Of a stretch of DNA of 64,000 nucleotides, positions 46,708 through 56,842 are shown in pieces. The stretch's first letter is position 1, and every line of letters starts with the position of its first letter. The stretch comes from Candidatus Omnitrophota bacterium (GTDB lineage: Bacteria > Omnitrophota > Gorgyraeia > Zapsychrales > Zapsychraceae). The DNA lies in NCBI GenBank assembly GCA_015233115.1, contig JADFYJ010000001.1:195084-259083 (forward strand), in the 5' to 3' direction. The translations under genes were made by a program, and so were the position numbers. Below the pieces are notes generated by a model, which worked only from the letters and a program-made list of their open reading frames with translations, made no database searches and was not told where the DNA came from.

Positions 46708-47550
46708 ATGAGTCATATGAAACGAAACATTATTGTCATTGATGAAGAAAAATGTAATGGTTGCGGCCAATGCGCATCCGGATGCCCGGAAGGCGCAATC
46801 CAAATGGTTAATGGTAAAGCGAAATTGGTCAGTGAAAATTATTGTGATGGTTTAGGCGCCTGCTTAGGAAGCTGTCCGGTTAATGCGATCACTGTTGAAC
46901 AAAAAGAAGTGGCCCAATATGATGAAAAGTCTGTTATGGAGCAAAGCATCATTCCTCAAGGGATCAATATGATTAACGCGCATTTAAAACATCTTAAAGA
47001 ACATAATCAAACTGACTATTTACACATGGCCGTAAATACATTAAAAGAGAAAGGATTTGATATGGAACCCATTCGAAATGCCATTCACGGGCAAAGCGGC
47101 GGAAGCTCCTGCGGCTGCCCTGGCTCACAAATGAAAGAAATAAAAAATAACAATCCATCAATTAACAGTTCATTGCCTCTATGTTCTGAATTATCCCAGT
47201 GGCCGATACAACTTCACTTAATTAGCCCGAGTGCTCCGTATTTTCAAAATGCCGATTTATTGATATCAGCGGACTGCGCGCCATTCGCGTTTGGAAATTA
47301 CCATCAGAAATTTTTAAAAGGAAAAAAAGTCATTACTTTCTGCCCTAAATTAGATGAATCCAGGGAAGAGTATATTGAAAAATTAACTGAACTATTAAGC
47401 GTCAATTCAATCAATTCCGTCAGTGTTGTGCGCATGGAAGTGCCTTGCTGTTCAGGGACAACTCAAATCATCGAAGAGGCAATTAAAAGATCAGGTAAAA
47501 GTTTAGTTTTAAGAGAATATGTCATATCACTCGATGGAAATATCATTTAA
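46708..47550 (+). CDS. 4Fe-4S dicluster ferredoxin-domain protein with a Cys-rich C-terminal domain.
   Basis: CNGCGQCASGCP and CDGLGACLGSCP cluster motifs. A C-terminal PCCSG motif. Confidence 0.7.
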   Translation: MSHMKRNIIVIDEEKCNGCGQCASGCPEGAIQMVNGKAKLVSENYCDGLGACLGSCPVNAITVEQKEVAQYDEKSVMEQSIIPQGINMINAHLKHLKEHNQTDYLHMAVNTLKEKGFDMEPIRNAIHGQSGGSSCGCPGSQMKEIKNNNPSINSSLPLCSELSQWPIQLHLISPSAPYFQNADLLISADCAPFAFGNYHQKFLKGKKVITFCPKLDESREEYIEKLTELLSVNSINSVSVVRMEVPCCSGTTQIIEEAIKRSGKSLVLREYVISLDGNII

Positions 47551-47611
47551 CGAAGGTCTTATGGACAATCAAAAATAATATTAGATAATAATCATAAAAA
47601 GGGAGGATTCT

Positions 47612-49237
47612 ATGTTTTGTTTTCAATGTCAGGAAACTGTACGTAATCAAGGCTGTACAATTCGCGGAGTATGCGGTAAACCAGATCAAACCGCAAATCT
47701 ACAGGATCTAATTGGTTATGTGTGTAAAGGGATTTCATTTTTAGCCGAAAAAGGGACACCTGACCTGGCTGTTGGTCGCTTTGTCGCCCGTGCCATGTTT
47801 TCTACGATCACCAACGCGAATTTTGATGATGACCGCATGATTGCGATTATCAAAGAAGGCTTAACCGTCCGGGATGCTTTAAAACAAAAAATCTGCAGCG
47901 GCGGATGTAGTTGTTCAGTACCTGATTGCGTATCATGGACTGCAAATACCAACGAAGCCTTACTAGAAAAATCTAAAACTGTCGGTGTTTTAGCCACTTC
48001 CAATGAAGATGTGCGGTCATTACAACAACTTTTAATTTATGGGATCAAAGGGATATCGGCGTATGCCACTCATGCCTCAGTCCTTGGCTATGAAGATCCT
48101 ACAATTTTTAATTTTATCTTTGAGGGATTAGCTTCAACTGTAAAAAGCCTTCCTGTTGATGAAATGGTAGGCTTAGTTATGAAATGCGGACAAACGGCTG
48201 TAACGACCATGGCTTTATTAGACAAAGCTAATACCTCAACGTATGGCAAACCCGAAATTACTAAAGTAAATATCGGTGTCCGAAAAAATCCGGGAATTCT
48301 TATATCTGGGCACGATTTAAAAGATATGGAAGAGCTTCTTAAACAAACCGAAGGGACAGGCGTGGATGTTTATACGCACAGTGAAATGCTCCCTGCCAAT
48401 TATTACCCAGCGTTTAAAAAATATTCACATTTTGTAGGAAATTACGGCGGCTCCTGGTGGCATCAAAATGATGAATTTGAATCATTTAACGGGCCGATAT
48501 TAATGACTACCAACTGTATCATACCTGTCAAAGAATCATATAAAAATCGTTTTTTTACGACCGGCATGGCTGGATACCCAGGCGTAACGCATTTACCTGA
48601 ACCCCAAGCAGGAAAACCTAAAGATTTTTCGGAAATTATAACTTTAGCTAAAAAATGTTCATCTCCGAAAGAGCTGGAAACCGGTGAAATTGTTGGAGGT
48701 TTTGCCCACGATCAAATTTTAGCTTTGGCGGATACAGTCGTAGCCGCTGTCAAATCAGGAGCAATTAAACGGTTTGTGGTCATGGCAGGATGTGACGGCC
48801 GGTTTACTACCCGCAAATATTTCACTGATGTCGCAGAAACCTTACCCAAAGACACGATTATTCTCACTGCCGGATGCGCAAAATACCGGTATAACAAACT
48901 TAAATTAGGCGATATCGGCGGAATACCGCGTGTTTTGGATGCGGGACAGTGCAATGATTCATACTCCTTAGCTCTGGTGGCGCTGAAACTTAAGGAAGTA
49001 TTCGGATTGCAGGATGTCAATGAACTTCCTTTGTCATTTGATATCGCATGGTATGAACAAAAAGCAGTCGCAGTTTTATTAGCTGTTTTATCGTTAGGAT
49101 TCAAAAATATTCGGCTTGGGCCAACCTTACCGGCGTTTTTGTCTCCTAATATTGCTAAAGTTTTGGTTGAGAAATTCGATATTAAACCCACTACAGAAGC
49201 GGAAACTGATGTCGCAGCTATGATGGCAGGTAAATAA
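47612..49237 (+). CDS. hcp: Hybrid cluster protein / hydroxylamine reductase.
   Basis: N-terminal MFCFQCQET...CGK cubane motif and the typical Hcp length, with conserved motifs throughout. Confidence 0.92.
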   Translation: MFCFQCQETVRNQGCTIRGVCGKPDQTANLQDLIGYVCKGISFLAEKGTPDLAVGRFVARAMFSTITNANFDDDRMIAIIKEGLTVRDALKQKICSGGCSCSVPDCVSWTANTNEALLEKSKTVGVLATSNEDVRSLQQLLIYGIKGISAYATHASVLGYEDPTIFNFIFEGLASTVKSLPVDEMVGLVMKCGQTAVTTMALLDKANTSTYGKPEITKVNIGVRKNPGILISGHDLKDMEELLKQTEGTGVDVYTHSEMLPANYYPAFKKYSHFVGNYGGSWWHQNDEFESFNGPILMTTNCIIPVKESYKNRFFTTGMAGYPGVTHLPEPQAGKPKDFSEIITLAKKCSSPKELETGEIVGGFAHDQILALADTVVAAVKSGAIKRFVVMAGCDGRFTTRKYFTDVAETLPKDTIILTAGCAKYRYNKLKLGDIGGIPRVLDAGQCNDSYSLALVALKLKEVFGLQDVNELPLSFDIAWYEQKAVAVLLAVLSLGFKNIRLGPTLPAFLSPNIAKVLVEKFDIKPTTEAETDVAAMMAGK

Positions 49238-49240
49238 AAA

Positions 49241-49423
49241 GGTCACAAGGACACAAAGTCACAAGGACACAAAGTCACAAGGTCACAAAGGTAAAATAAT
49301 TATTAAAATGCGATTAACCAAAAACATGAATGATTTTGACATGAAAGAAAATAATTGTTTTTTAAATATTTTTTTATTTTTATGTTTATTCGTTGTTTTA
49401 CGTGTGACCTTGTGACTTGTGGC
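49241..49423 (+). repeat. MITE-like element, copy B: GTCACAAGG-repeat terminal inverted repeats.
   Basis: Left arm GGTCACAAGGACACAAAGTCACAAGGACACAAAGTCACAAGGTCACAAAGG begins 4 nt after the hcp stop. Right arm is CGTGTGACCTTGTGACTTGTGG. Confidence 0.65.
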
Positions 49424-49436
49424 TTTTCAATAAAAA

Positions 49437-49461
49437 GCCGTCTATGATAGACGGCTTTTTT
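49437..49461 (+). terminator. Rho-independent terminator.
   Basis: GCCGTCTA-TGA-TAGACGGC followed by TTTTTT. Confidence 0.7.
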
Positions 49462-49865
49462 GTGTTACCTAATCCAAGAAGAGACTGAGCACCATTCTTA
49501 GATCAGGAACTGCGCCTTACGCGAAATCGGCTGTATCGCCTTTGCTAAATAGCGTAAGGTTAATGCAGACACTCAAACTTTAAATATAAAAAGATCGGGT
49601 TTGAGAACATTAAACCGTATTTTTTAATCCAAGCCCACGGTTAATAATGATTCTCATCTTGAGCATGGCCATTCATAAATTTACACATTTATGAAAGGCT
49701 CATTTTTTCGTGCTCGTACCCGATCGTTATCAAAGATCTTATCTATTTTTAGTATAACGAATGAAACAAAAATATATATAGGACTAAAGTTTCATTGATC
49801 CGTAATTTTTCTTGTGATTATGGCGTAGTTATGCTAATTTTTGAGGTTAAATTAAGAGGAGACTT

Positions 49866-51560
49866 ATGAAAAAATTAGCCCTAAGTATGCTGCTTCTTTT
49901 TATTCCAGCCATGTCAAAGGCAGCGATATATGACTTGGAACCAATAAAAATTTATAGTTTGAACAATAACGGCCAAGATGCAGCTAATACTCAAAACATC
50001 CCCAACAGCTCATCTGGCGTAGATATCCAAACCCGGGTTGATGAAGGCATTCTCCAGGATATTTCAATCCGGGGCGGCACTTTTGAAGACGCGGATGTAC
50101 GGATGAACGGTGTCAATTTAGACAATCCGCAGACTGGCCACTTCAACTTGGCTTTGCCGATAGTATCGACAGATATTATCAATAGTAAAGTTGACCTTAA
50201 CGGCCAATATATTGATTACAATCTCAAAATGCCCCAAAAAAATGAGGCCATGGTTCGGGTTTCTGCCGGAAATGGCGGATACGCGGATACATTGATATCA
50301 GCTTCTTTTGGAAAAAATAATACTTTCAACCGTTTCTCGTATGAAGGTATGCGTACTGACGGACTTTTACCCCAAACTGATGCCGATAAAAATGCGGTTT
50401 CCTATACTTTTTTTCATGACGCGGATTTTATGACTTCGAAAATTTATGCTTCATATCTAAATAAAAATTATGGAGCAGGCGGCGCGTACGGCGCTCCCTG
50501 GTATATGGCAGAAGAAGAGCATCTTGAGCAGCATTATTTAATGAGCCAGCTGACATTTAAACAAAATTTAGATCTTGAACTCACGCCATATATTTACCGG
50601 ACTGATGATACATTTTTTTTGAACCGTGATGATCGTACTCATAATCGCAATGACCACACCATGTATGTTTATGGAAATAATGCTAAATCTTTTTTTCTTG
50701 ATCGCTTATTTTATGGCGAATTAGATGTGCGGGAAGAAAGTATTGATTCAACGAATTTACTGGAACATAACCGGTTGGTATATGAAATGGGTTTGGGCCA
50801 GGAAGAAAAACAATTTGGAAAATTCGGTTACAACTTTTACGGTGGGTTATTATCATTAGACGGATATCCTTATAAATTTACACCCAAAGCCGGCATATTC
50901 TATGATGTGGCTCAAGGCTGGCGCGTCACTTTAGACGCGGCTAGAAAATATCGTCAACCATCATTTACAGAGCTATATTATTATTCTCCATCAAGTCATG
51001 GCAACAATACTTTAGTGCCCCAGCAATCGTCTAATTATGAATTAGGATTGACACGTAAATCTTCCGGATGGTTGTGGCGGGTTAACGGCTTTTATCGGCA
51101 TCAGGAAAATACAATTGATTGGGTAAAAAATAATAGCGATACTTTTTATCGCGCTATTAATGCCGGTCAATTAGAGGCCAGAGGATTTGATCTTAAATGG
51201 CAATACGACGCAAATTGGAAATTTTTAAAACGAATATCAGCAGAATATACCGGATTATTTCTCAATAAACAAAATAATTGGGATATGTCAAAATACGCGT
51301 TCGAATATTTGCAGGACCGTCTGGTATGTAAATTCGAACAATCAATAGGAAAATGGGACTTTGATGTGTCATATATTTATGAAGACCATATTAGTCAAAA
51401 AGGGCGCTCGCTGGTTAATGGCGGGGTGGTTTATAAAATGGCGCCGCGTAAGAGTATATTTTTAAGAGTGGATAATCTTTTTGATTTTGATTATTATGAA
51501 TTGCCGTATATAAGAGGAACCCCGGTTTCGGTTAAGGGGGGAATGGAGATAAAATTTTGA
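49866..51560 (+). CDS. TonB-dependent outer-membrane receptor (short, BtuB-sized).
   Basis: Signal peptide. Plug-domain motifs (DISIRGGTFEDADVRMNGVNLDNPQTGHFNL). C-terminal ...GGMEIKF with terminal Phe. GAGGAG RBS. Confidence 0.65.
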   Translation: MKKLALSMLLLFIPAMSKAAIYDLEPIKIYSLNNNGQDAANTQNIPNSSSGVDIQTRVDEGILQDISIRGGTFEDADVRMNGVNLDNPQTGHFNLALPIVSTDIINSKVDLNGQYIDYNLKMPQKNEAMVRVSAGNGGYADTLISASFGKNNTFNRFSYEGMRTDGLLPQTDADKNAVSYTFFHDADFMTSKIYASYLNKNYGAGGAYGAPWYMAEEEHLEQHYLMSQLTFKQNLDLELTPYIYRTDDTFFLNRDDRTHNRNDHTMYVYGNNAKSFFLDRLFYGELDVREESIDSTNLLEHNRLVYEMGLGQEEKQFGKFGYNFYGGLLSLDGYPYKFTPKAGIFYDVAQGWRVTLDAARKYRQPSFTELYYYSPSSHGNNTLVPQQSSNYELGLTRKSSGWLWRVNGFYRHQENTIDWVKNNSDTFYRAINAGQLEARGFDLKWQYDANWKFLKRISAEYTGLFLNKQNNWDMSKYAFEYLQDRLVCKFEQSIGKWDFDVSYIYEDHISQKGRSLVNGGVVYKMAPRKSIFLRVDNLFDFDYYELPYIRGTPVSVKGGMEIKF

Positions 51561-51608
51561 AATTGTGACAATGTAACAATGTGGCATTGAAAAATCGATT
51601 ATTGTAAA

Positions 51609-51705
51609 GCGCGCGGATTGGGCGGTTAGCATTTAAACCGAATCCTTCGCTCAAACAACCTTGGCGAAGCGCCAAGGAAACTCGCTCGGGGATTCAGTTT
51701 AAAAG
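51609..51705 (+). repeat. Roughly 95-nt structured repeat, copy 1. Conserved TCCTTCGCTCAAACA - GAAG hairpin - AACTCGCTCGGGGA with compensatory stems.
   Basis: Aligns with 58465..58555. The inner stem CCTTGGCG/CGCCAAGG and outer stem GAATCC/GGATTC differ in sequence from copy 2 but keep their pairing. Confidence 0.5.
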
Positions 51706-51775
51706 TTAACCTTGTGTTTGGGCACGCGGTTTTCTATTTTTTACATTGTCATTGTTCCTCTGTCAGGATAAAAAA

Positions 51776-52156
51776 ATGGTCATTGAAAAAATTCGGGTTG
51801 ATAAATGGTTGTGGGCCGTACGGATTTTTAAGACACGATCGCTGGCTTCTGAAATGTGCGAGAGAGAAAAGGTTTGGATTGAAGGTCAGCACGTGAAGCC
51901 GTCCCGGGAAGTGAAAGTTGGTCAAAAAATTAAAGTCCGCAAAGATAATATTGATTGGGAATATGAAATTTTAAAATGTATAGATAAAAGAGTGAGCGCG
52001 ACTGTTGCCAATGAATGCAGAAAAGACATTACGCCGCCGGAAATCATTGAACGCGCTAAATTGATTCGCAGTATGTGGGTGCCGAGGCGCGAACCAGGAG
52101 AAGGCCGGCCAACTAAAAAAGAACGCAGAGATTTAGATAAATTCATGGATTATTAA
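51776..52156 (+). CDS. hslR: Ribosome-associated heat shock protein Hsp15 (S4 domain).
   Basis: IRVDKWLWAVRIFKTRSLASEMCE matches the Hsp15 S4 motif RLDKWLWAARFFKTR. Confidence 0.8.
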   Translation: MVIEKIRVDKWLWAVRIFKTRSLASEMCEREKVWIEGQHVKPSREVKVGQKIKVRKDNIDWEYEILKCIDKRVSATVANECRKDITPPEIIERAKLIRSMWVPRREPGEGRPTKKERRDLDKFMDY

Positions 52157-52160
52157 GCAT

Positions 52161-52922
52161 ATGCTTCTTGATGCGCATATTCATTTACAAGATATCAAAA
52201 CGGATTCTGAGCTTACTGATATTTTCAATCTAGCAACTCAGCAGCGGATCGGCAAAATGTTTTGTAATGGAATTAAACCGTCGGATTGGCAAAAAGTCCG
52301 ACAGATCGCTCAACAAGACCAAAAAGTCATACCGTTTTTTGGTGTCCATCCCTGGCAGGTCGACTCAATCGAAGATTCCTGGCTGGCAGAACTCAAAAAA
52401 TATTTACGCGAAGTTCCGTTATCAGGTGTTGGCGAAATTGGATTAGATAAAACCCGCAATGCCGGAAAATTTGATAAACAGCTAAATGTGTTTAACAAAC
52501 AAATTGAATTAGCAGTTGAGTTGAAACGGCCTTTTGTGGTGCATTGCGTACACGCCTGGGAAAATCTTTTTGAATGCTTAAAACCATTCAATTTTAAAAA
52601 TCAGCCGTTTATCATTCATTGTTTTATAGGTTCACTAGAAATAGCAAGCCGGTTGATACAGTCGGGCGCATATTTATCCATATCTTTGAAACTGCTCTCA
52701 GATAAAAATCAACATTCTTTATCTGAAGTATTTCAAAAATTACCTTTAGACCGGATTTTACTGGAAACAGATTATCCATATACCCCTCGTTCTTTAGAAC
52801 CGGCGTCATATTCAACCTATCTCAGACAGATGTATGAGAAAGCCGCTCTGTTAAAACAAATCGAACCCGCACAATTAGAAAAGGTTATCTGGCAAAATGG
52901 CACAATCCTCACAACTTTCTAA
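52161..52922 (+). CDS. TatD family metal-dependent hydrolase (DNase).
   Basis: LLDAHIHLQD N-terminal His motif. TIM-barrel length. Confidence 0.85.
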   Translation: MLLDAHIHLQDIKTDSELTDIFNLATQQRIGKMFCNGIKPSDWQKVRQIAQQDQKVIPFFGVHPWQVDSIEDSWLAELKKYLREVPLSGVGEIGLDKTRNAGKFDKQLNVFNKQIELAVELKRPFVVHCVHAWENLFECLKPFNFKNQPFIIHCFIGSLEIASRLIQSGAYLSISLKLLSDKNQHSLSEVFQKLPLDRILLETDYPYTPRSLEPASYSTYLRQMYEKAALLKQIEPAQLEKVIWQNGTILTTF

Positions 52923-53607
52923 AATCAAAAAACGTTTGCGTGATTTTGCGTCTCCGGAAGACGCAGTATTTTTGCAACGTTTTTTTAAAACCGGGCCCGG
53001 CCAATATGGCGAAGGTGACATATTTATTGGGGTCCGCGTGCCAAATACGCGTATTGTCGCAAAAGAATTTAGCACTTTGCCAATCGAAGACATCAAAGCA
53101 TTGCTGAAATCGCCTATCCATGAAGAACGGTTGTTAGCTTTGATCATATTGACCATTAAATTTGCCAATGCATCCGTACAAATCCAAAAAGAAATTTTTG
53201 AAATTTATTTGTCATATACCCAGTATATTAATAATTGGGATCTAGTAGACGTAACAGTCCCGCATGTGGTCGGCGCATATTTGTTTGAACGCCCACGTTC
53301 CATATTACAAAAAATGGCAAAATCAAATCTTTTATGGGACCGCAGGATTGCTATTGTATCAACGCATTATTTTATCCGTCACCATGATTTTTCAACTACA
53401 CTAAACATTTCGGAAATGTTATTAAAAGATAAAGAAGATCTCATTCACAAAGCCACAGGCTGGATGCTAAGAGAAGTCGGAAAAAGGAATGCAGATATTT
53501 TACGTTCCTTTTTAGATAAACACGGGTCTATTATGCCGCGTACCATGCTAAGATACGCGATAGAAAAATTTACGCCCGAAGAAAGAAAGTTTTATTTAAA
53601 TGGATAA
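52897..53607 (+). CDS. DNA alkylation repair protein (AlkD/AlkC-like HEAT-repeat family).
   Basis: LRDFASPEDAVFLQRFFKTGPGQYGEGDIFIGVRVPNTRIVAKEF is typical of the DNA_alkylation family. Confidence 0.7.
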   Translation: MAQSSQLSKIKKRLRDFASPEDAVFLQRFFKTGPGQYGEGDIFIGVRVPNTRIVAKEFSTLPIEDIKALLKSPIHEERLLALIILTIKFANASVQIQKEIFEIYLSYTQYINNWDLVDVTVPHVVGAYLFERPRSILQKMAKSNLLWDRRIAIVSTHYFIRHHDFSTTLNISEMLLKDKEDLIHKATGWMLREVGKRNADILRSFLDKHGSIMPRTMLRYAIEKFTPEERKFYLNG

Positions 53608-54544
53608 TATGTTACCGCCGAAATTTTTGGAAAGGCTTAAATTAATACTCCCCGCAGAGCATTATGTTAATGTTCTTAATACATTGGCAGGGCCCCGGTC
53701 TTATTGGATAAGAGTCAACACTTTAAAATCAAACGTTTCTGATGTCGCGCAAATTCTTAAAACTGCTGATATTAAATACCAAACTGTTCCATATTTCCCG
53801 TCAGCGTTACTTATTGTTAAAAGCGAAAACAATTCCATGATCATAGATAATCTTATTGCTCAAGGAATTTTATATCCGCAAAATATTTCCAGCATGCTTC
53901 CCGCCATCATTTTGAATCCGCAGCCAGAAGAAAATATTCTCGACACCTGCGCGGCTCCGGGCAGTAAAACATCACAAATGTCTGCCATGATGAATAATCA
54001 AGGTACAATCCGTGCGATTGACGCGGTTCCCAAACGGTTATTCAAGCTTAGATCTGTGATGCAGTTGTTAGGTGTAACCAATGTGACGTCTACATGCTGT
54101 GACTTCCGCAGATTTGTCTCAACCGGCCAAATGTTCGATAAAATCCTGGTCGACGCGCCGTGCAGTTCTGAAGGACGGTTTTCAGCTCATGATACGGACA
54201 GTTACGCTTACTGGAGTGAACGTAAAATCAAAGAAATGGTGCAAAAACAACGGGGCATTTTATTATCTGCCAGCCGATTACTCAGCCAAAACGGAATACT
54301 AATTTATTCCACTTGCACATTTGCCCCTGACGAAAATGAAGGGGTTATTGACTGGTTTTTAAGAAAAACAAAATTACCTTTTGAAGTCGTACCAGTATCA
54401 TTGCCAAACGAAGTGCCAACTTATCCAGCGATAACCCAATGGTCAAAGAAGCCATATGCTGAAGAAACTGCGAAATGCCTTAGAGTTTTACCTGACGGCT
54501 CTTACGAAGGTTTTTTTATGGCGGTCTTAAAACATAAAATATAA
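53600..54544 (+). CDS. RsmB/RsmF (NOL1/NOP2/Sun) family RNA cytosine-C5 methyltransferase.
   Basis: SAM motif DTCAAPGSKT and catalytic DAPCSSEG. Confidence 0.8.
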   Translation: MDNMLPPKFLERLKLILPAEHYVNVLNTLAGPRSYWIRVNTLKSNVSDVAQILKTADIKYQTVPYFPSALLIVKSENNSMIIDNLIAQGILYPQNISSMLPAIILNPQPEENILDTCAAPGSKTSQMSAMMNNQGTIRAIDAVPKRLFKLRSVMQLLGVTNVTSTCCDFRRFVSTGQMFDKILVDAPCSSEGRFSAHDTDSYAYWSERKIKEMVQKQRGILLSASRLLSQNGILIYSTCTFAPDENEGVIDWFLRKTKLPFEVVPVSLPNEVPTYPAITQWSKKPYAEETAKCLRVLPDGSYEGFFMAVLKHKI

Positions 54545-54630
54545 AATAATTATCCCGAAATAATTTTTTTATAATAAAATAACATCTGCGTCTTAATGCA
54601 TATTTTATAAACTTAACTAAAGGGGCCTTA

Positions 54631-55341
54631 ATGAAAACAACCTTATTGATTCCCGTTCTGAACGAAATTGACGGTTTAAAGGCTATTATGCCCCAAATTA
54701 AGCGGGAATGGGTTGACCAAATCCTTTTTGTTGACGGACAATCAACAGACGGCACAGTCGATTGGATTAAACAAAACGGCTATGAATATGTCATCCAACA
54801 GAAAAAAGGCATGCGTTATGCCTATTTAGAGGCCTGGCCTCACATTAAAGGCGATGTTGTTTTAACTTTTAGCCCTGACGGCAACTCTGTGTCAGATCGT
54901 ATTCCTCCTTGTATTGAAAAGATGAAGGAGGGATATGACATGGTCATTGTGTCCCGCTACGCGCCAGGCGCCAAAAGCGATGATGATGACGCGATTACCG
55001 GATTTGGCAACTGGATGTTCACCTCATTGATTAATCTCTGCCATGGCGGGCATTATACGGATGCTATGGTTATTTACCGCGCTTACCGCAAGGATCTTAT
55101 TTATGAATTAGGCTTAGATCTGGATAAACATTATGAAGTTGAAGAAAAGCTTTTCCACACCCGCGTGAGCTGGGAACCATTGTTGTCCATGCGCGCGGCC
55201 CGTAAAAAACTCCGCATTGCTGAAATTCCTGGAGATGAACCTGCCCGTTTAGGCGGAGTCCGTAAACTGCAAATCATCCGTTGGGGATCCGTATTCATGT
55301 ACGAATTGATCCGGGAAATGTTTATCAAAAATTACAAATAA
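54631..55341 (+). CDS. Family 2 glycosyltransferase (polyprenol-phosphate sugar transferase-like).
   Basis: LLIPVLNE...FVDGQSTDGT GT-A N-terminal motifs and the DxD region. Confidence 0.75.
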   Translation: MKTTLLIPVLNEIDGLKAIMPQIKREWVDQILFVDGQSTDGTVDWIKQNGYEYVIQQKKGMRYAYLEAWPHIKGDVVLTFSPDGNSVSDRIPPCIEKMKEGYDMVIVSRYAPGAKSDDDDAITGFGNWMFTSLINLCHGGHYTDAMVIYRAYRKDLIYELGLDLDKHYEVEEKLFHTRVSWEPLLSMRAARKKLRIAEIPGDEPARLGGVRKLQIIRWGSVFMYELIREMFIKNYK

Positions 55342-55357
55342 TCTTTAATTTTCACTC

Positions 55358-55395
55358 TTGACTTTTTGATTTTATATGTTACTATTGGTAGTAAC
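55358..55395 (+). promoter_or_regulatory. Putative trp promoter (TTGACT, 16 bp, TACTAT) with an 18-bp palindrome GTTACTATTGGTAGTAAC overlapping the -10. TrpR-type operator candidate.
   Basis: -35 at 55358-55363, -10 at 55380-55385, palindrome at 55378-55395. ACTA/TAGT half-sites resemble the E. coli TrpR operator core. A 9-bp-stem hairpin, GGACAGGTC-CCC-GACCTGTCC, follows at 55410-55430. Confidence 0.45.
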
Positions 55396-55447
55396 AGCAA
55401 TACTTGTAGGGACAGGTCCCCGACCTGTCCGTAAAAAGTAAACCCAT

Positions 55448-56842
55448 ATGAAACCAAAAATCACAATTAAAACCATACCTGCCGACCGATTCACGCCGCT
55501 GGTGGTATTTAAAAAATTAGCGGGAAAAGCTCTGCTGGAATCAGCCGTTCTAGAAATCGGGAAGAGCCGTTATTCCATTATTCTGGTTGAAGAAGCTTTC
55601 CGCCTAATTTTAGATAAAAACGGTGTTCATTGCCTTGAAAACGGTAAAAAGCGCGCCATCACCCGCGACCGTAAAAAATTTCTCGAACTCGTCGAAGAGG
55701 CAGGGAAAAAAGTGCGGACCCAGGAAAATTTTTCCATTCCAATCCCCGCGGCTGGCTTAGGCTACCTGGGCTATGAAACGGCCATGCTGTTTGATAAAAT
55801 CAATCTGGCAAAACAGCAGGATGAATTAAATCTACCGGACAGCATTTTTATGTTTGGTTCCATTTTTGCCATATTTGATCACTATAAATCCGAATTACAT
55901 CTGGTGGCCATTGATCAGCAAGGCTCGGTTAATGCTAAAAACAAATTGGAGGGATTGGCTTTAAGATTGTTGGATGATGATTTCCGCGCCTATAAATCGA
56001 ACGATGCGCATTTTGAATATTCAGCAGATATCGAAGCTGGTAAACAACAATTTATTTCCGGCGTCAAAACTATAAGGGATCATATCATTGCCGGCAATTT
56101 AGTGCAGGCGGTCTTATCCCGTAGAGTTGACGTTAAAACACATTTACCCGCCATTGAAGCTTACAGCCGGTTACGCCGAGAAAATCCTTCTCCATATTTA
56201 TTCTATTTGGATTTTGATGATTTTCAATTATTAGGCGCGTCGCCTGAACTCATGGTTTCTTTATCCGGAGATATTGCCACTATTAAACCTATTGCCGGAA
56301 CCAGACGCAGAGGCAAAGACCGCGCTGAAGATGTAGCTTTAGAGAAAGAATTGCTCGCCGATGAAAAAGAACGAGCTGAACATTTAATGCTGGTTGATTT
56401 GGCCCGCAATGATTTAGGGCGAGCGGCCGCATCAGGAAAAGTGACACCTGTCCATCTTTATGGCGTTGAACGTTATGCTCATGTTATGCACATTGTATCG
56501 GAAATAGAAGCGCCGTTACGTAAAGATCAAACGGCGTGCGATCTGATCAAAGCGACTTTTCCTGCCGGTACAGTATCCGGAGCGCCTAAAATCATGGCCA
56601 TGCAGATTGTTTCACAAATTGAAAAAACCAAACGCGGACCATACGCGGGATTAATTGGACATTTTGACGTCAATGGCAATTTCGAATCATGTATCACGAT
56701 CCGTTCATACATTCATAAAAATGACCATTATTATATTCAGGCAGGGGCAGGAATTGTTTATGATTCTGTGCCGGAAAAAGAATTCGAAGAAACAGTTTAT
56801 AAATCCAAAGCGCTGATCAAAGCCTTGGGAGTAAAAATATGA
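55448..56842 (+). CDS. trpE: Anthranilate synthase component I.
   Basis: [13 protein letters not shown] and [27 protein letters not shown] chorismate-binding motifs. About 464 aa. Confidence 0.9.
   Translation: MKPKITIKTIPADRFTPLVVFKKLAGKALLESAVLEIGKSRYSIILVEEAFRLILDKNGVHCLENGKKRAITRDRKKFLELVEEAGKKVRTQENFSIPIPAAGLGYLGYETAMLFDKINLAKQQDELNLPDSIFMFGSIFAIFDHYKSELHLVAIDQQGSVNAKNKLEGLALRLLDDDFRAYKSNDAHFEYSADIEAGKQQFISGVKTIRDHIIAGNLVQAVLSRRVDVKTHLPAIEAYSRLRRENPSPYLFYLDFDDFQLLGASPELMVSLSGDIATIKPIAGTRRRGKDRAEDVALEKELLADEKERAEHLMLVDLARNDLGRAAASGKVTPVHLYGVERYAHVMHIVSEIEAPLRKDQTACDLIKATFPAGTVSGAPKIMAMQIVSQIEKTKRGPYAGLIGHFDVNGNFESCITIRSYIHKNDHYYIQAGAGIVYDSVPEKEFEETVYKSKALIKALGVKI

Noticed and set aside
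47716-49191. Minus-strand ORFs 47716..48003 and 48712..49191 inside hcp.
   Set aside because: hcp is unambiguous from its [10 protein letters not shown]-terminus and its length. The antisense ORFs have no start context.
49464-49865. Cobalamin riboswitch upstream of the TonB-dependent receptor.
   Set aside because: I could not find a B12 box (AGYCMGGAAGRCCKGCC-like) or the GCCACTG element. The region is kept only as an unclassified structured leader.
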